Source of the DNA: Alphaproteobacteria bacterium
GTDB taxonomy: Bacteria > Pseudomonadota > Alphaproteobacteria > UBA828
Direction of reading: 5' to 3'
NCBI GenBank assembly: GCA_050173345.1
Contig: JBFXKW010000013.1
Coordinates: 2,932-66,931, forward strand
Length of the DNA: 64,000 nucleotides
The translations under genes were made by a program, and so were the position numbers. The stretch's first letter is position 1. Each line of letters opens with the position of its first letter. The notes under the pieces are model-generated. The model did not search any database, had not been told where the DNA came from, and worked only from the letters and a program-made list of their open reading frames with translations. Shown one piece after another: positions 20,932 to 32,517 of the stretch.

Positions 20932-21546
20932 TCAGGCGCTGGTATCGAGCCGGCCGCCGCGGGAATCCGCCTCGGCCTCGCCCGCGCCGCCCGCGGCCTT
21001 GGCGACCGTGACCATGGCCGGGCGCAGCAGCCGGCCCGCCACCGTATAGCCGACCTGGAGCACCTGCACCACGGTGCCCGGCGGATGGTCGTCGGTCGGC
21101 ACTTCGAGCATGGCCTGGTGCAGATTGGGGTCGAAACGCTGGCCCTCGGCCTCGATCTGCTTGACGCCGTGGCGCTCGAGGACGGCCGCAAGCTCCTTCC
21201 GGGTCATGGCGACGCCCTCGTGCAGGGCGGCCAGGCGCGCGTCTTCCTGCAGCGCGTCGCCCGGCACGCTCGCGAGCGCCCGCTCCAGGTTGTCGGCGAC
21301 GCTCAGGCAATCCCGCGCGAAGCCCGAGACCGCGAACCTGGAGGCGTCCTCGACCTCCTTGCGGGCGCGGCGGCGCGTGTTCTCGAGCTCGGCCAGCGCG
21401 CGCAATAACTGATCCTTTACCTTGGCGAGCTCCCCGGCCTGCGCCGCCTCGCCATCCTCCGGCGCGGGCGCGGCGGGCGCCTCGGCGGCAGCCTCGTCGT
21501 TGGCCGGGGACGGCTCGTCACCGCCTGTGCGTGGATCGTCGATCAT
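20932..21546 (-). CDS. grpE: Nucleotide exchange factor GrpE
   Basis: GrpE coiled-coil plus C-terminal beta-domain (ELENTRRRARKE...FDPNLHQAM...). Confidence 0.9.
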   Translation of the reverse strand: MIDDPRTGGDEPSPANDEAAAEAPAAPAPEDGEAAQAGELAKVKDQLLRALAELENTRRRARKEVEDASRFAVSGFARDCLSVADNLERALASVPGDALQEDARLAALHEGVAMTRKELAAVLERHGVKQIEAEGQRFDPNLHQAMLEVPTDDHPPGTVVQVLQVGYTVAGRLLRPAMVTVAKAAGGAGEAEADSRGGRLDTSA

Positions 21547-21591
21547 GGCGTTCCTCTGATGTGCAGGCCCGTTGTCGCAGCTATCGGACGG

Positions 21592-22629
21592 CTAGCTCAA
21601 GAGCCGTCCGATGATTTCCGCGGTGTGGCTGACCATGGGGATGATGCGGGCATAGTTGAGGCGGGTCGGGCCGACCACGCCGATTGCGCCCACGAAGCGC
21701 GTGCCGTTGCTGCGGAACGGCGAGACGATGAGCGAGCACTCGGTGTTGCCGAACAGCTTGCTCTCGGCGCCGATGAAGATCTTCACGCCGTCCGCGTCGC
21801 GCGTGCTTTCGAGCAAGGAGACGAGTCCGGTCTTGGATTCGAGCGTCTCGTAGAGCGCGCGGATGCGCTCCAGGTCCTCGGCGACCGTCACGTCGTCGAG
21901 CAGCTTGGCCTGGCCGCGCACGATCAGCGCACCGTGGCGCTCGGCCTCGCCCGACCAGGTGGCGATGCCGGCCTCGACCACCTTGGCGGCGAGCGCGTCG
22001 AGCTGGGCGCGCTTGCTCTCGACCTCGGCGCGGATTTCGCCGAGCGCCTCGGCAAGCGTGCGGCCGGCGAGCCGTGCGTTCAGGTAGTTGGTCGCCTCGA
22101 TCAGGTGCGACTGGGTCATGCCGGACGGCACGTCGATCACCCGGTTCTCGACGATGCCGCTCTCCATCACCATGACGACGAGCGCGCGCCCCGGCCCGAG
22201 GCTGACGAACTCGACCTGGCGGAACGGCAGGTCGGTCTTCGGCGCGAGCACCAGGCTCGCGCAGTGCGAGAGGCCCGAGAGCGTGTCGCTCGCCTCGGTC
22301 AGAAGCTCGTCGAGCGTGCGCCCTGCGGCCTGGCACTTGCCGTCGATCGAGGCGCGCTCCGCCTCGGTCAGTTCGCCGAGTTCGAGCAGGCCGTCGACGA
22401 AGAGCCGAAGGCCGAGCTGGGTCGGCAGCCGGCCCGCCGAGGTGTGCGGCGCGTAGAGCAGCCCGGCATCCTCGAGGTCGGCCATCACGTTGCGGATCGT
22501 CGCCGGCGAGAGCGGCGTGGTGAGCCGGCGCGAGAGCGTGCGCGAGCCGACCGGCTGGCCGGTCTCCATATAGGTCTCGACGACCCGCCGCAGCACGTCG
22601 CGAGAGCGTTCGTTGAGGTCGTGGCTCAT
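21592..22629 (-). CDS. hrcA: Heat-inducible transcription repressor HrcA
   Basis: MSHDLNERSRDVLRRVVETYMETGQPVGSRTLS... winged-helix N-terminus and a full-length HrcA body. The ORF-track entry (619 aa) over-extends upstream; the ATG at 22629 gives ~346 aa. Confidence 0.9.
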   Translation of the reverse strand: MSHDLNERSRDVLRRVVETYMETGQPVGSRTLSRRLTTPLSPATIRNVMADLEDAGLLYAPHTSAGRLPTQLGLRLFVDGLLELGELTEAERASIDGKCQAAGRTLDELLTEASDTLSGLSHCASLVLAPKTDLPFRQVEFVSLGPGRALVVMVMESGIVENRVIDVPSGMTQSHLIEATNYLNARLAGRTLAEALGEIRAEVESKRAQLDALAAKVVEAGIATWSGEAERHGALIVRGQAKLLDDVTVAEDLERIRALYETLESKTGLVSLLESTRDADGVKIFIGAESKLFGNTECSLIVSPFRSNGTRFVGAIGVVGPTRLNYARIIPMVSHTAEIIGRLLS

Positions 22630-22782
22630 CCGATGATGGTGCTTTGCCGGCGCCCGGACGGCGATTGGCGCCGCCCGTGAGAACGCAAGGGGAATGTAGT
22701 AACGGGCCCCGAGAGCGTCAACGTTGCGGCCGGGAGACGGGCCGGCTAGGTTCCGCCCATCGGCAACCTCGGAAACCTCCCC

Positions 22783-23505
22783 ATGCGAGCGAACGGACGC
22801 GGCGCCGACGAATTGCGCGCCGTCAGCCTCGAAATCGGCTTCAACAAGCACGCCGAGGGCTCCTGCCTGGTCGGCTTCGGCGATACCCGGGTGATCTGCA
22901 CCGCGAGCGTCGAGGAGCGCGTGCCGCCCTTCCTGCGCAATAGCGGGCGCGGCTGGGTGACCGGCGAGTACGGCATGCTGCCGCGCTCGACCGGCTCGCG
23001 CACCGACCGCGAGGCGGCGCGCGGCAGGCAGGGCGGCCGCACCCAGGAGATCCAGCGCCTGATCGGCCGTTCCCTGCGTGCCGTGACCGACCTCACGGCG
23101 CTTGGCGAGCGCCAGATCATCCTCGATTGCGACGTCATCCAGGCCGATGGCGGCACGCGCACCGCGGCGATCACCGGCGCCTATGTCGCGCTCCATCTGG
23201 CGCTCGACGGGCTGGTCAGGCGGGGCGTGCTCGCCAGCCTGCCGCTGACCGACCAGGTCGCCGCGGTCTCCTGCGGCTTGGTCGCGGGCGAGGCGGTGCT
23301 CGACCTCGACTATGTCGAGGATTCCTCGGCCGAGGCCGACGCCAATTTCGTCATGACCCGCGCGGGCGCGATCATCGAGGTGCAGGGCACCGCCGAGAAG
23401 GCGCCGTTCAGCGAGGCCCGGTTCCTCGACCTGCTCGGACTCGCGCGGCAAGGCGTTACCACGCTCACCGCCCTGCAGCGCAAGGCGCTCGGCCTGGAGG
23501 GGTAG
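22783..23505 (+). CDS. rph: Ribonuclease PH
   Basis: Classic RNase PH N-terminus ([41 protein letters not shown]). Confidence 0.95.
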   Translation: MRANGRGADELRAVSLEIGFNKHAEGSCLVGFGDTRVICTASVEERVPPFLRNSGRGWVTGEYGMLPRSTGSRTDREAARGRQGGRTQEIQRLIGRSLRAVTDLTALGERQIILDCDVIQADGGTRTAAITGAYVALHLALDGLVRRGVLASLPLTDQVAAVSCGLVAGEAVLDLDYVEDSSAEADANFVMTRAGAIIEVQGTAEKAPFSEARFLDLLGLARQGVTTLTALQRKALGLEG

Positions 23506-23534
23506 GCCCGCAATGGCACCACCTTCCCTTCCTT

Positions 23535-23611
23535 CGTCATGCCCGGGCTTGACCCGGGCATCCAGGCTTCTTCCGGAAGCTGGATTGCCGGGTCAAGCCC
23601 GGCAATGACGA
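23535..23611. repeat. Family-1 palindromic repeat element copy, intra-operonic (rph-rdgB), overlapping the rdgB start
   Basis: cgtcatgcccgggcttgacccgggcatccagg ... ctggattgccgggtcaagcccggcaatgacga. Confidence 0.85.
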
Positions 23612-24237
23612 CGAGGGAAGGTGCACGGCACTTCGAGGGCGGGCGGCTCGTCATCGCGAGCCACAATCCGGGCAAGGTGCGCGAGATCGCCGCGCTGCTC
23701 GCGCCGTACCGGATCGAGGTGGTCTCGGCCGGCACGCTCGGCCTGCCCGAGCCCGAGGAGACCGGGGCAAGCTTCGTCGAGAACGCCGCCCTCAAGGCGA
23801 AGGCGGCGGCTATTGATGCTAGGTTACCCGCGCTCGCCGACGATTCCGGCCTCGTGGTGCCCGCGCTCGACGGCGCGCCCGGCATTTATTCGGCACGCTG
23901 GGCCGGGCCGGCCAAGGATTTCGGCGTCGCCATGAGCCGCGTCGAGGCGGAGCTTCGCGCGCGCGGGCTTGAGCCGGAGGGCCAGCCCGCCCATTTCGTC
24001 TGTGCGCTCGCGCTCGCCTGGCCCGACGGCCGCTGCGAGAATTTCGAGGGCATCGTGCGCGGCCATCTGTTGTTCCCGCCGCGCGGCACGCAGGGCTTCG
24101 GCTATGACCCGATCTTCGTGGCGGACGGCCATGACATCACGTTCGGCGAGATGGCGCCGGCCGCGAAGCACGCGATCAGCCACCGCGCGCGCGCCTTCGC
24201 GCTCTTGATCGAGGCCTGCTTTGCCGACGGGCCCTGA
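23605..24237 (+). CDS. rdgB: Non-canonical purine NTP pyrophosphatase (dITP/XTP pyrophosphatase, RdgB/HAM1 family)
   Basis: [14 protein letters not shown]...FGYDPIF motifs. The ATG lies inside the repeat arm, so the start is uncertain. Confidence 0.85.
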   Translation: MTTREGARHFEGGRLVIASHNPGKVREIAALLAPYRIEVVSAGTLGLPEPEETGASFVENAALKAKAAAIDARLPALADDSGLVVPALDGAPGIYSARWAGPAKDFGVAMSRVEAELRARGLEPEGQPAHFVCALALAWPDGRCENFEGIVRGHLLFPPRGTQGFGYDPIFVADGHDITFGEMAPAAKHAISHRARAFALLIEACFADGP

Positions 24238-25384
24238 GCCGCTCGCGCTTTACGTCCACTGGCCGTTCTGCCGCTCGAAATGCCCCTATTGCGACTTCAA
24301 CAGCCATGTGCGCGACGGCATCGACCAGGCGCGCTGGCGTGCCGCGCTGCTGCGCGAGCTGGAGGCGACCGCCGCAACGCTCGCGCCGCGAAGGCTGGAG
24401 ACCATCTTCTTCGGCGGCGGCACGCCCTCGCTCATGCCGCCCGAGACCGCGGCGGCGCTGATCGAGCGCGCGCGGGCGCTGTTCCCGCCGGCCGGCGCGG
24501 TCGAGGTCACGCTCGAGGCCAACCCGACCTCGGTCGAAGCGGCGCGGCTCGGCGCGTTTCGCGATGCCGGCCTCGACCGGGTCTCGCTCGGCGTGCAGGC
24601 GCTCGACGATGCGGCGCTGCGCTTCCTCGGCCGGCAGCACTGCGCGCATGAGGCGATCAAGGCGGTCGAGCTTGCGCAGGCGCTGTTCGGGCGCGTCTCG
24701 TTCGACCTGATCTATGCCCGCCCCGGCCAAAGCGAGGCCGCGTGGCGCGCCGAGCTGGGCCAGGCGCTCGCGCTGGCGCGCGGCCACCTTTCGCTCTACC
24801 AGCTCACCATCGAGAAGGGCACGCCGTTCCATGCGCTGGCGCGCGACGGCGCCTTCGCCGTGCCGGACGAGGACGACGCCCACGCGCTCTTCGAGGCGAC
24901 GCAGGAGCTCACCGAAGCCGCGGGGCTCGCGGCCTACGAGGTCTCGAACCACGCGGCGGATGGCGAGGCGTGCCGGCACAACCTCGCCTATTGGCGCTAT
25001 CAGGACTACGCCGGCATCGGGCCGGGCGCGCATGGCCGGCTCGTGCTCGCGGACGGCCGTGCGGTCGCGACGCGCCGCCACGCCAAGCCCGAGACCTGGC
25101 TCGATACGGTCGAGCAGCAGGGCGAGGGCAGCGCCGAGACCGCCGCCCTGAGCCCGCGCGAACGCGCCGAGGAAATGCTGATGATGTCGCTCAGGCTCGC
25201 CGAAGGCCTCGACGTCGCGGCGCTCGAACGGCGCACCGGCATCGCGCTCGACGCGCTGGCGCCGCCGTCGCGCCGCATGCCGCTCGTCGAAGCCGGGCTC
25301 CTCATGGAGGACGACCGCCGGCTGCGCACGACGCGGCGCGGCCGCGCCGTGCTGAACGCGTTGACCGCCCGGCTGATCGCCTGA
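24221..25384 (+). CDS. hemW: Radical SAM heme chaperone HemW (HemN-like)
   Basis: CxxxCxYC radical-SAM motif ([10 protein letters not shown]) near the N-terminus. Conserved rph-rdgB-hemW synteny. Confidence 0.9.
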   Translation: MPTGPEPLALYVHWPFCRSKCPYCDFNSHVRDGIDQARWRAALLRELEATAATLAPRRLETIFFGGGTPSLMPPETAAALIERARALFPPAGAVEVTLEANPTSVEAARLGAFRDAGLDRVSLGVQALDDAALRFLGRQHCAHEAIKAVELAQALFGRVSFDLIYARPGQSEAAWRAELGQALALARGHLSLYQLTIEKGTPFHALARDGAFAVPDEDDAHALFEATQELTEAAGLAAYEVSNHAADGEACRHNLAYWRYQDYAGIGPGAHGRLVLADGRAVATRRHAKPETWLDTVEQQGEGSAETAALSPRERAEEMLMMSLRLAEGLDVAALERRTGIALDALAPPSRRMPLVEAGLLMEDDRRLRTTRRGRAVLNALTARLIA

Positions 25385-25452
25385 GCGCGGCTCCGCGCTA
25401 TTTATGTTGGCTACCGCGCTTCGCGCTACTTGAGCCGATGCTGGTGGTGCGG

Positions 25453-26823
25453 CTAGTCGTCCGAGCGCGGTTCGGCGGCGCCGGCCTCGCCCGCCGGCTG
25501 CGTGCCGGTACCCGCGGTCGCCGGGCTCGGGAAGCGCCCGGGCGCCGGGCTCGCGACCTTGAGCGCGCCGCCCGCGCCGATCTCGATCACCGCGAGGCCG
25601 CGCTCGGCGGTGCCGCCCGCGCCGAAGCGGAAGATGCCCTCCGTACCGAAGAAGCCGCGCCGGTCCAACAGCGCGGTCGTGCTGAAATCGGCGCCGGAGC
25701 TCCCTTGCGAAAGCAGGATGGCGAGCGCCGCCGCGTCATAGCCGAGCGGCGCGATGCGATGCGGCTCGTAGCCATAGACCGCCTTGAAGCGCTCGTGGAA
25801 ATCGGCGACGCCGTCCGGCTGCGGGCTGACATACCAAGCACCGCGCAAGGCAGGCTCGCTCTGCACGCGCGGATCGGCCCAGAGCCCGGGGCCGAGCAGC
25901 TGGACCTTGGGCGCGGTCAGCTCGTGGACGGCGAGCTGCGGCAGCAATTGGAGCAGGCGCAGGCCGCCCTCGGGGACCACCAGCGCATCGAAGCCGCCCG
26001 CCTGCGCCAGACCCCGCACCACCTGCTCGAGCTCCTCGCTGCCCGCGTTGGGGGAATAGAACTGCACCGGGCCGAGCGAAGCGCCGCGCGCCACGGTCGT
26101 TTCGCGCACGAGGCGGCTCACCAGCTGGCCGTAGCTGTTGGCCGGCGCCAGCACCGCGAAGCGCTGCCGGCCGTTGGCCTGCGCGTGGCTGACCAGGCGC
26201 TCGATCTCCTGGTTCGCGGTGTGGCCGAGCAGGAAGACGCCGTCGCTCGCCGCCTCCGGGTTGTTCGAGAACGAGACCACGCTGACGCCGCGGGCCTGCG
26301 CGAGCGGCGCCACCGCCTGCGCCTCCTGGCTGAACAGGGGGCCGAGCAGCAGGCGCGCGCCGCCGCCGATCAGCTTCGCAGCGGCCTCGGAGGCGCCCGC
26401 CGGCGTGCCGCCGGTATCGGCGGGCAGCAGGGTGAAGCGGTTGTCGGCTGCATCGAAAAGCGCGAGCTGCGCGGCATCGAGCAGCGCCTGGCCCTCCGCC
26501 TTGTGGGGGCCCGAGAGCGGCACCAGGAGGCCGACGCGGACCGCCTCCGGCCGGCCGACGATCACGCCCGGGATCGCGCTCTCCGGCGGCAGGGCGGCGA
26601 GCGACTGCTCCTCGACCGCCTCGCTGCTCAGCTCGGGCGGCTCGGACGGCAGCGTCTCGGGCGCGGCCGACTCCTGGTCGGGCGACGGCGCGGTTGCTAC
26701 CTTGGGCGGCGGGCAGCCGGCCACCAGCAAGGCAAGGCCGAGCGCGAGCACGGCGCAGAGGGAGGCGCCAAGCCGCGGCCGGCGCTGCCCGAGGCGGAGG
26801 AATGGCGTTCGCAGAGACATCAT
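25453..26823 (-). CDS. LpoA-like penicillin-binding-protein activator / periplasmic-binding-fold lipoprotein
   Basis: Signal peptide with LVAGC lipobox, Pro/Glu-rich linker, then a type-I periplasmic-binding-protein-like domain. Confidence 0.65.
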   Translation of the reverse strand: MMSLRTPFLRLGQRRPRLGASLCAVLALGLALLVAGCPPPKVATAPSPDQESAAPETLPSEPPELSSEAVEEQSLAALPPESAIPGVIVGRPEAVRVGLLVPLSGPHKAEGQALLDAAQLALFDAADNRFTLLPADTGGTPAGASEAAAKLIGGGARLLLGPLFSQEAQAVAPLAQARGVSVVSFSNNPEAASDGVFLLGHTANQEIERLVSHAQANGRQRFAVLAPANSYGQLVSRLVRETTVARGASLGPVQFYSPNAGSEELEQVVRGLAQAGGFDALVVPEGGLRLLQLLPQLAVHELTAPKVQLLGPGLWADPRVQSEPALRGAWYVSPQPDGVADFHERFKAVYGYEPHRIAPLGYDAAALAILLSQGSSGADFSTTALLDRRGFFGTEGIFRFGAGGTAERGLAVIEIGAGGALKVASPAPGRFPSPATAGTGTQPAGEAGAAEPRSDD

Positions 26824-26855
26824 TAAGAGAGCCCCGCGCGAGCGGTTGATGATCA

Positions 26856-27753
<898 letters not shown>

Positions 27754-27773
<20 letters not shown>

Positions 27774-28131
27774 ACGCGCCCGCGCCGAACGCTGGGGCGT
27801 TCGCGCCGAAGCGCGCGCCGCGCTCTGGCTCAGGCTCGCCGGCTGGCGCGTGCTCGAACGGCGCTATCGCGTGCCGGTCGGCGAGATCGACCTGATCGCC
27901 GCGCGCGGCGGGCGGCTCGCCTTCATCGAGGTCAAGGCGCGCGCCGATGCAACGGACGCGCTCGAAGCGGTCGGCCCCATCAAGCGCCGGCGCATCGAGC
28001 GCGCGGCGGCGGCCTTCTTGTCGGCGCATCCCGAATGGAGCAAAGTTTCGCCACGATTCGACGTCATGGTCCTCGGCCCGTGGCGCCTGCCGCGTCACCT
28101 GAAGGATGCCTGGCGCCCCGATTGGCCCTGA
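27754..28131 (+). CDS. YraN-family (UPF0102) endonuclease-like protein
   Basis: GEIDLIA...LAFIEVKAR core. Overlaps the rsmI 3' end. Confidence 0.8.
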
Positions 28132-28151
28132 CGATCCCTTCGGAGCACAGC

Positions 28152-28808
28152 ATGGCAGAGCGTCGCCTCCCGAACCTTTCCTTCGCCTCCATGACCTCCA
28201 GCCCGGCGCGCAGGCTGCTGGCCGGCGTCGCGCTGCCGGCCGCCCTTCTGCTTGCGCTCAATGGCTGCGTCGGCATGGTGGTCGGCGGGGCCGCGACCGG
28301 CGCGACGGTCGCGGCGCAGGAGCGCTCGGTCGGCGACGCGGTCGACGACCTGACCATCCGCACCACGCTCAATGAGCTGTTTCTCCGCGAGAGCCTCGAC
28401 CTCTACAACGATGTGAGCTTCAGCGTGGTCGAGGGCCGCGTGCTCTTGAAGGGCGCGGTGCTCAAGCCCGAGCACCGCATCAGGGCGACCCAGCTCGCCT
28501 GGCGCGCCGCCGGCGTGCGCGAGGTGATCAACGAAATCCAGGTGACCGACCAGGGCGGCATCTCCGACTATGCCACCGACACCTGGATTTCCACCCAGCT
28601 CAAGACCAAGATGCTGCTCGACAAGGACGTGCTCTCCATCAATTACAATGTCGAGACCGTGAACGGCACCGTCTACCTCATGGGCATCGCGCAGGACCAG
28701 AAGGAGCTCGACCGGGTGATCATGCTCGCCCGCAACGTGCCCCGGGTGACCGACATCGTCAGCCACGTGGTCATGAAGGACGACCCGTCGCGGGTGCCGA
28801 AGCCGTGA
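28152..28808 (+). CDS. BON-domain lipoprotein (OsmY/DolP-like)
   Basis: Lipobox LNGC, then two BON-like repeats. Confidence 0.7.
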   Translation: MAERRLPNLSFASMTSSPARRLLAGVALPAALLLALNGCVGMVVGGAATGATVAAQERSVGDAVDDLTIRTTLNELFLRESLDLYNDVSFSVVEGRVLLKGAVLKPEHRIRATQLAWRAAGVREVINEIQVTDQGGISDYATDTWISTQLKTKMLLDKDVLSINYNVETVNGTVYLMGIAQDQKELDRVIMLARNVPRVTDIVSHVVMKDDPSRVPKP

Positions 28809-29638
28809 GCAGCGCAGCGGCGATCGAAGCGGCGCTGCAACGGATCGGCGCGCAGGAGGACGACGCGCTCGACCTCGCCGAGGCCGCGCTGCTCTTGGGC
28901 GCGCTCGACCGCCCTTCGGTCAACCTCGGGCGCTATCGGGAGCACCTGGCGCTGCTCTGCCAGACGGTCGGCGAGGCGGCCGGCGCCGGCACGACGCGGC
29001 TCGAAGAGCGCGTCCAGCTCCTCAACGACGTGCTCTATCGCCGCTTCGGCTATAGCGGCGACACGGCGAGCTATGACGACCCGGACAACGCCAACCTGCT
29101 GCGCGTGATCGACCGGCGCATGGGCCTGCCGGTCAGCCTCGGCATCATCTACATCCACGCCGCCCGCGCTCAAGGCTGGCCGATTTCCGGCCTCGCCTTC
29201 CCCGGCCATTTCCTGGTCCGGCTCGACCTCGGCGCCAGCCGCATGATCGTCGACCCGTTCCACAACGGCCAGCCGCTCGAGGCGGGGCATCTGCGCGACC
29301 TCTTGAAGCAGTTCCAGGGCGCGGGCGCCGAGCTCGAGCCCAGGCATTATGTAGCCGTCAGCGACCGCGACATCCTGCTCCGGCTCGAGAACAACCTGAA
29401 GACCCGCGCGCTGCAGAGCAACGACCCCGAGCGTGCGGCCAATATCCTGAAGCGCATGACGCTGGTCGCACCCGAGGCGGCCGGCGCCTGGCGCGAGCTC
29501 GGCCTGGTCGAGGCGCACAACGGCAATATCAGGCGCGCGGTGAACGCGCTCGAAACCTTCCTCACTTTGTCGCCCGGCGGCAAGGACACGGAAAAGACGG
29601 TGGCGCTGCTCAAGCGCCTCAGGGGGAGCCTCAACTGA
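28805..29638 (+). CDS. SirB1-like / transglutaminase-like plus TPR protein (UPF0162)
   Basis: Neighbours upstream of gshB. Transglutaminase-like core followed by TPR-like C-terminus. Confidence 0.6.
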   Translation: MSSAAAIEAALQRIGAQEDDALDLAEAALLLGALDRPSVNLGRYREHLALLCQTVGEAAGAGTTRLEERVQLLNDVLYRRFGYSGDTASYDDPDNANLLRVIDRRMGLPVSLGIIYIHAARAQGWPISGLAFPGHFLVRLDLGASRMIVDPFHNGQPLEAGHLRDLLKQFQGAGAELEPRHYVAVSDRDILLRLENNLKTRALQSNDPERAANILKRMTLVAPEAAGAWRELGLVEAHNGNIRRAVNALETFLTLSPGGKDTEKTVALLKRLRGSLN

Positions 29639-29639
29639 G

Positions 29640-30599
29640 ATGAGCCTCGCGGTGGCGATCCAGATGGATCCGATGGAAGGCATCGACATCGATGCCGATT
29701 CGACCTTCGCGCTCGCCCTCGAGGCCAAGGCGCGCGGCCACGGGCTCTACCACTACCTGCCCAAGGCCCTTGCCCTGCGCGACGGCCGCGTGGTGGCACG
29801 GGTCAGCGCGCTCGACGTGAGGCGCGAGAAGGGCAACCACTTCACGCTCGGCGCACCCAAGCTAATCGAGCTCGAAACCTTCGACGTCGTGCTGATGCGC
29901 CAGGACCCGCCTTTCGACATGGCCTACATCACGGCGACGCACCTGCTCGAGCACGTCCAGCGCACCACGCTCGTGGTCAACGACCCGGTGCATGTCAGGA
30001 ACGCGCCCGAGAAGCTCTACGTCACCCATTTCGCCGACCTGATGCCGCCGACGCTGATCACCTCGGACGCGCGCCTGGTGCGCGAGTTCCGCGCCGAGCA
30101 CAAGGACATCGTGATCAAGCCGCTGTTCGGCAATGGCGGCGCCGGCGTGTTCCACATCACGCCGGGCGACGAGAACCTCAACGCGCTGCTCGAAATGTTC
30201 ACCGGCCTGTCGCGCGAGCCGATCATCGTGCAGCGCTACGTGCCCGAGATCAGGCAGGGCGACAAGCGCATCATCCTGATCGACGGCAAGCCGGTCGGCG
30301 CGGTCGCCCGCGTGCCGCCGGCCGGCGAGGCGCGCGCCAATCTGCATGTCGGCGCCAAGCCCGAACCCGCCAAGCTGAGCGCGCGCGACGAGGAGATCTG
30401 CGCCGCGATCGGGCCCGCGCTCAAGCAGCGCGGCCTCGTCTTCGTCGGCATCGACGTGATCGGCGACTATCTCACCGAGATCAACGTCACCTCGCCGACC
30501 GGCATCCAGGAGATCTCCCGCTTCGACGGCAGCAACCTCGCCGGCCTCGTCTGGGACGCCATCGAGAAGCGCCGCTCCAGGCAGCGCAAGCGGCTGTAG
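29640..30599 (+). CDS. gshB: Glutathione synthetase
   Basis: ATP-grasp motifs and a full-length GshB (319 aa). Confidence 0.92.
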   Translation: MSLAVAIQMDPMEGIDIDADSTFALALEAKARGHGLYHYLPKALALRDGRVVARVSALDVRREKGNHFTLGAPKLIELETFDVVLMRQDPPFDMAYITATHLLEHVQRTTLVVNDPVHVRNAPEKLYVTHFADLMPPTLITSDARLVREFRAEHKDIVIKPLFGNGGAGVFHITPGDENLNALLEMFTGLSREPIIVQRYVPEIRQGDKRIILIDGKPVGAVARVPPAGEARANLHVGAKPEPAKLSARDEEICAAIGPALKQRGLVFVGIDVIGDYLTEINVTSPTGIQEISRFDGSNLAGLVWDAIEKRRSRQRKRL

Positions 30600-30770
30600 A
30601 CGGTCCGGCCCGGCAGCCGCAGGCCTGCGATGCGGGGAAACCGGACACAGGCTTGTCTCTTGCCCGCCAAGCCAGGCCGGAGCACGATCCGCGGCACCGG
30701 ACGGGCGGCGGCATCCCGCCTGGGATGGCCGTCGGTCCGCGTTCCCGCAACGGACGGAGAGGGTGGAACC

Positions 30771-31103
30771 ATGGATAGAATCGGGCACTATGTCATCGCG
30801 CTCGCGCCAGGCGCCGATCCCGAGAAGTTCAAGGCGCACCTGACCAACGCGCTGTTCAAGGATCCCTCGGTCATGGCATCGACGCGCATCACGCGCGGCT
30901 TCGCCCACCGCCTGCTCGCGGTCGCGGGCGGCCATGACGGCATGCCGGCGAAGTATGTCTGGCAGGTGACGGCCGATCTGATGGGCAACGGCAATTACGA
31001 GTTCGCCCAGAACGCCGCCAAGGTCCAGGCCGGGATTCGGGACTTCGGCGTGTTGACCGAGGTGGTCGACCTGATCGACCTCGAGGCCGGCAAGCTCCAT
31101 TGA
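30771..31103 (+). CDS. Hypothetical protein (110 aa)
   Basis: ATG preceded by GGAGAGGGTGG. No recognisable domain. Confidence 0.45.
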   Translation: MDRIGHYVIALAPGADPEKFKAHLTNALFKDPSVMASTRITRGFAHRLLAVAGGHDGMPAKYVWQVTADLMGNGNYEFAQNAAKVQAGIRDFGVLTEVVDLIDLEAGKLH

Positions 31104-31198
31104 GCGAGGCGCCGAAACGGCATAGGACTGTTCGTCCCCGCGCCGTCATGCGCCAGAATCCCCGGACGCCTCGGCGCGGGCAAGCCCCGGAGGGAAGG

Positions 31199-31624
31199 AT
31201 GCGCCGATTCCTGATGGCCGCGGCGCTCGCGGTCGCGCTTCCCGGTGTCGCCCATGCCGCGGACGGCGGGCCGACGCCCGCGCCCGAAGGCGCCCGCGTC
31301 TATATCATCGCGCCGGCGGACGGCGCGACGGTCTCGAACCCGGTCCATGTCGTGTTCGGGCTCAGCGGCATGGGCGTCGCGCCCGCTGGCATCGAGCACG
31401 AGAACACCGGGCACCACCATCTGATCATCGATGCGCCGCTGCCGCCGCTCGACGAGCCGATCCCGAGCGACGAGCACTACCGGCATTTCGGCAACGGGCA
31501 GACCGAGGCGACGATCGAACTCACGCCGGGCAAGCACACGCTGCAGCTCCTGCTCGGCGATCAGAACCACATCCCGCACACGCCGCCCGTGCTATCGCCG
31601 CCGATCACGATCACGGTGGAGTGA
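31199..31624 (+). CDS. DUF4399-family exported protein
   Basis: Signal peptide AALAVALPGVAHA. Conserved His-rich block (HENTGHHHLIID). Confidence 0.6.
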   Translation: MRRFLMAAALAVALPGVAHAADGGPTPAPEGARVYIIAPADGATVSNPVHVVFGLSGMGVAPAGIEHENTGHHHLIIDAPLPPLDEPIPSDEHYRHFGNGQTEATIELTPGKHTLQLLLGDQNHIPHTPPVLSPPITITVE

Positions 31625-31631
31625 CGCGGGC

Positions 31632-32309
31632 TCAGTCCGGCCGGGTGTTGGCCTCGATGATCGATTCGAGGCAGGACGGGCAGACCGCGAAGCGCAGCTT
31701 TACCGCGGCCGGCCCGCCCATCGCCTGATAGGCCTCGGGCGTGCTCCAGCGCTCCCCGTCCTCGTGCGTGCCGGGCGGCCAGGCAACCGCATGGCAATAG
31801 GCGCAGAGGCGCACGACCGGCCGGGCGAACGAGGCGCCCTGGCCGCGCTGGAAGTTGGCATGGTCGAAGAGGGCGATGCGCGGCCGGCGCGCCTCGCTCA
31901 GCACCTGCGACTGGTAGAGCACCGCGCACAGGCGGCCGCCGACGCGCACCGGCGAGATCGACATGCGGGCGACGCGCGCGACCTCGGGCGAATCGCAGCG
32001 ATGGACGAAGCTGATGCGCTCGCGCTGGCCCGCGCACACGGCATCGTGCAGGCGCCGATAGGCGTCGCGCACCTGGTCGTCGAGGGCACCGACCGCGAGC
32101 GCCGTGGCAAGCGCCTCCTCGCCGCTCTGCGCAGAGCCATCGGCCGCGTGCGCGCAGGCATGGCTGAGCTTGGTGGAGGTGGCGAGGATCACCCCGGTCG
32201 GGTCCACCAGATAGGCTATGCCGTCTATCGCGTCGAGCAGGGTCTCGGCCGAGAAGCCGAGATCGCTGTAGCGCAGCGCTTCCGGGATGGAGCGGGCCTC
32301 AGCCAACAT
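31632..32309 (-). CDS. PAS-like domain protein with a C-terminal Cys4 cluster (hypothetical)
   Basis: PAS-like N-terminal fold (GIAYLVDPTGVILA...). C-terminal CAYCH-x(~40)-CPSC. Confidence 0.5.
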   Translation of the reverse strand: MLAEARSIPEALRYSDLGFSAETLLDAIDGIAYLVDPTGVILATSTKLSHACAHAADGSAQSGEEALATALAVGALDDQVRDAYRRLHDAVCAGQRERISFVHRCDSPEVARVARMSISPVRVGGRLCAVLYQSQVLSEARRPRIALFDHANFQRGQGASFARPVVRLCAYCHAVAWPPGTHEDGERWSTPEAYQAMGGPAAVKLRFAVCPSCLESIIEANTRPD

Positions 32310-32517
32310 GAAATTTCTCCGTCTGGCACAACTGACTGCGGAATCTGCCCGTTTCTAGTTCTTATGGCCTAATCGTAAAGATATTTCCGGTTAACAAGGG
32401 TTTAACGAGGTAGCGAGAGGTGGGTGACAACGCCGTGTACGGCCTTGTCACAGCCTCGGCAACCGGCCCCGGCCGCCCGGTGCAGACAGGCGGCGGCGCG
32501 CCGGCTAAGCTGCCGCC

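Noticed and set aside
22630-22782. Search for a CIRCE element (TTAGCACTC-N9-GAGTGCTAA) upstream of hrcA, and in the grpE-dnaK spacer
   Set aside because: No match in either region by eye. Heat-shock control here is more likely RpoH-dependent.
21592-23451. 619-aa minus ORF listed as one gene
   Set aside because: Only the C-terminal ~346 aa (from ATG 22629) is HrcA. The N-terminal 270 aa run antisense through rph and are low-complexity, so this is an over-extended ORF.
24742-26826. 694-aa plus-strand ORF
   Set aside because: Overlaps hemW in another frame and is antisense to the LpoA-like gene. The translation is Arg/Ala-rich.
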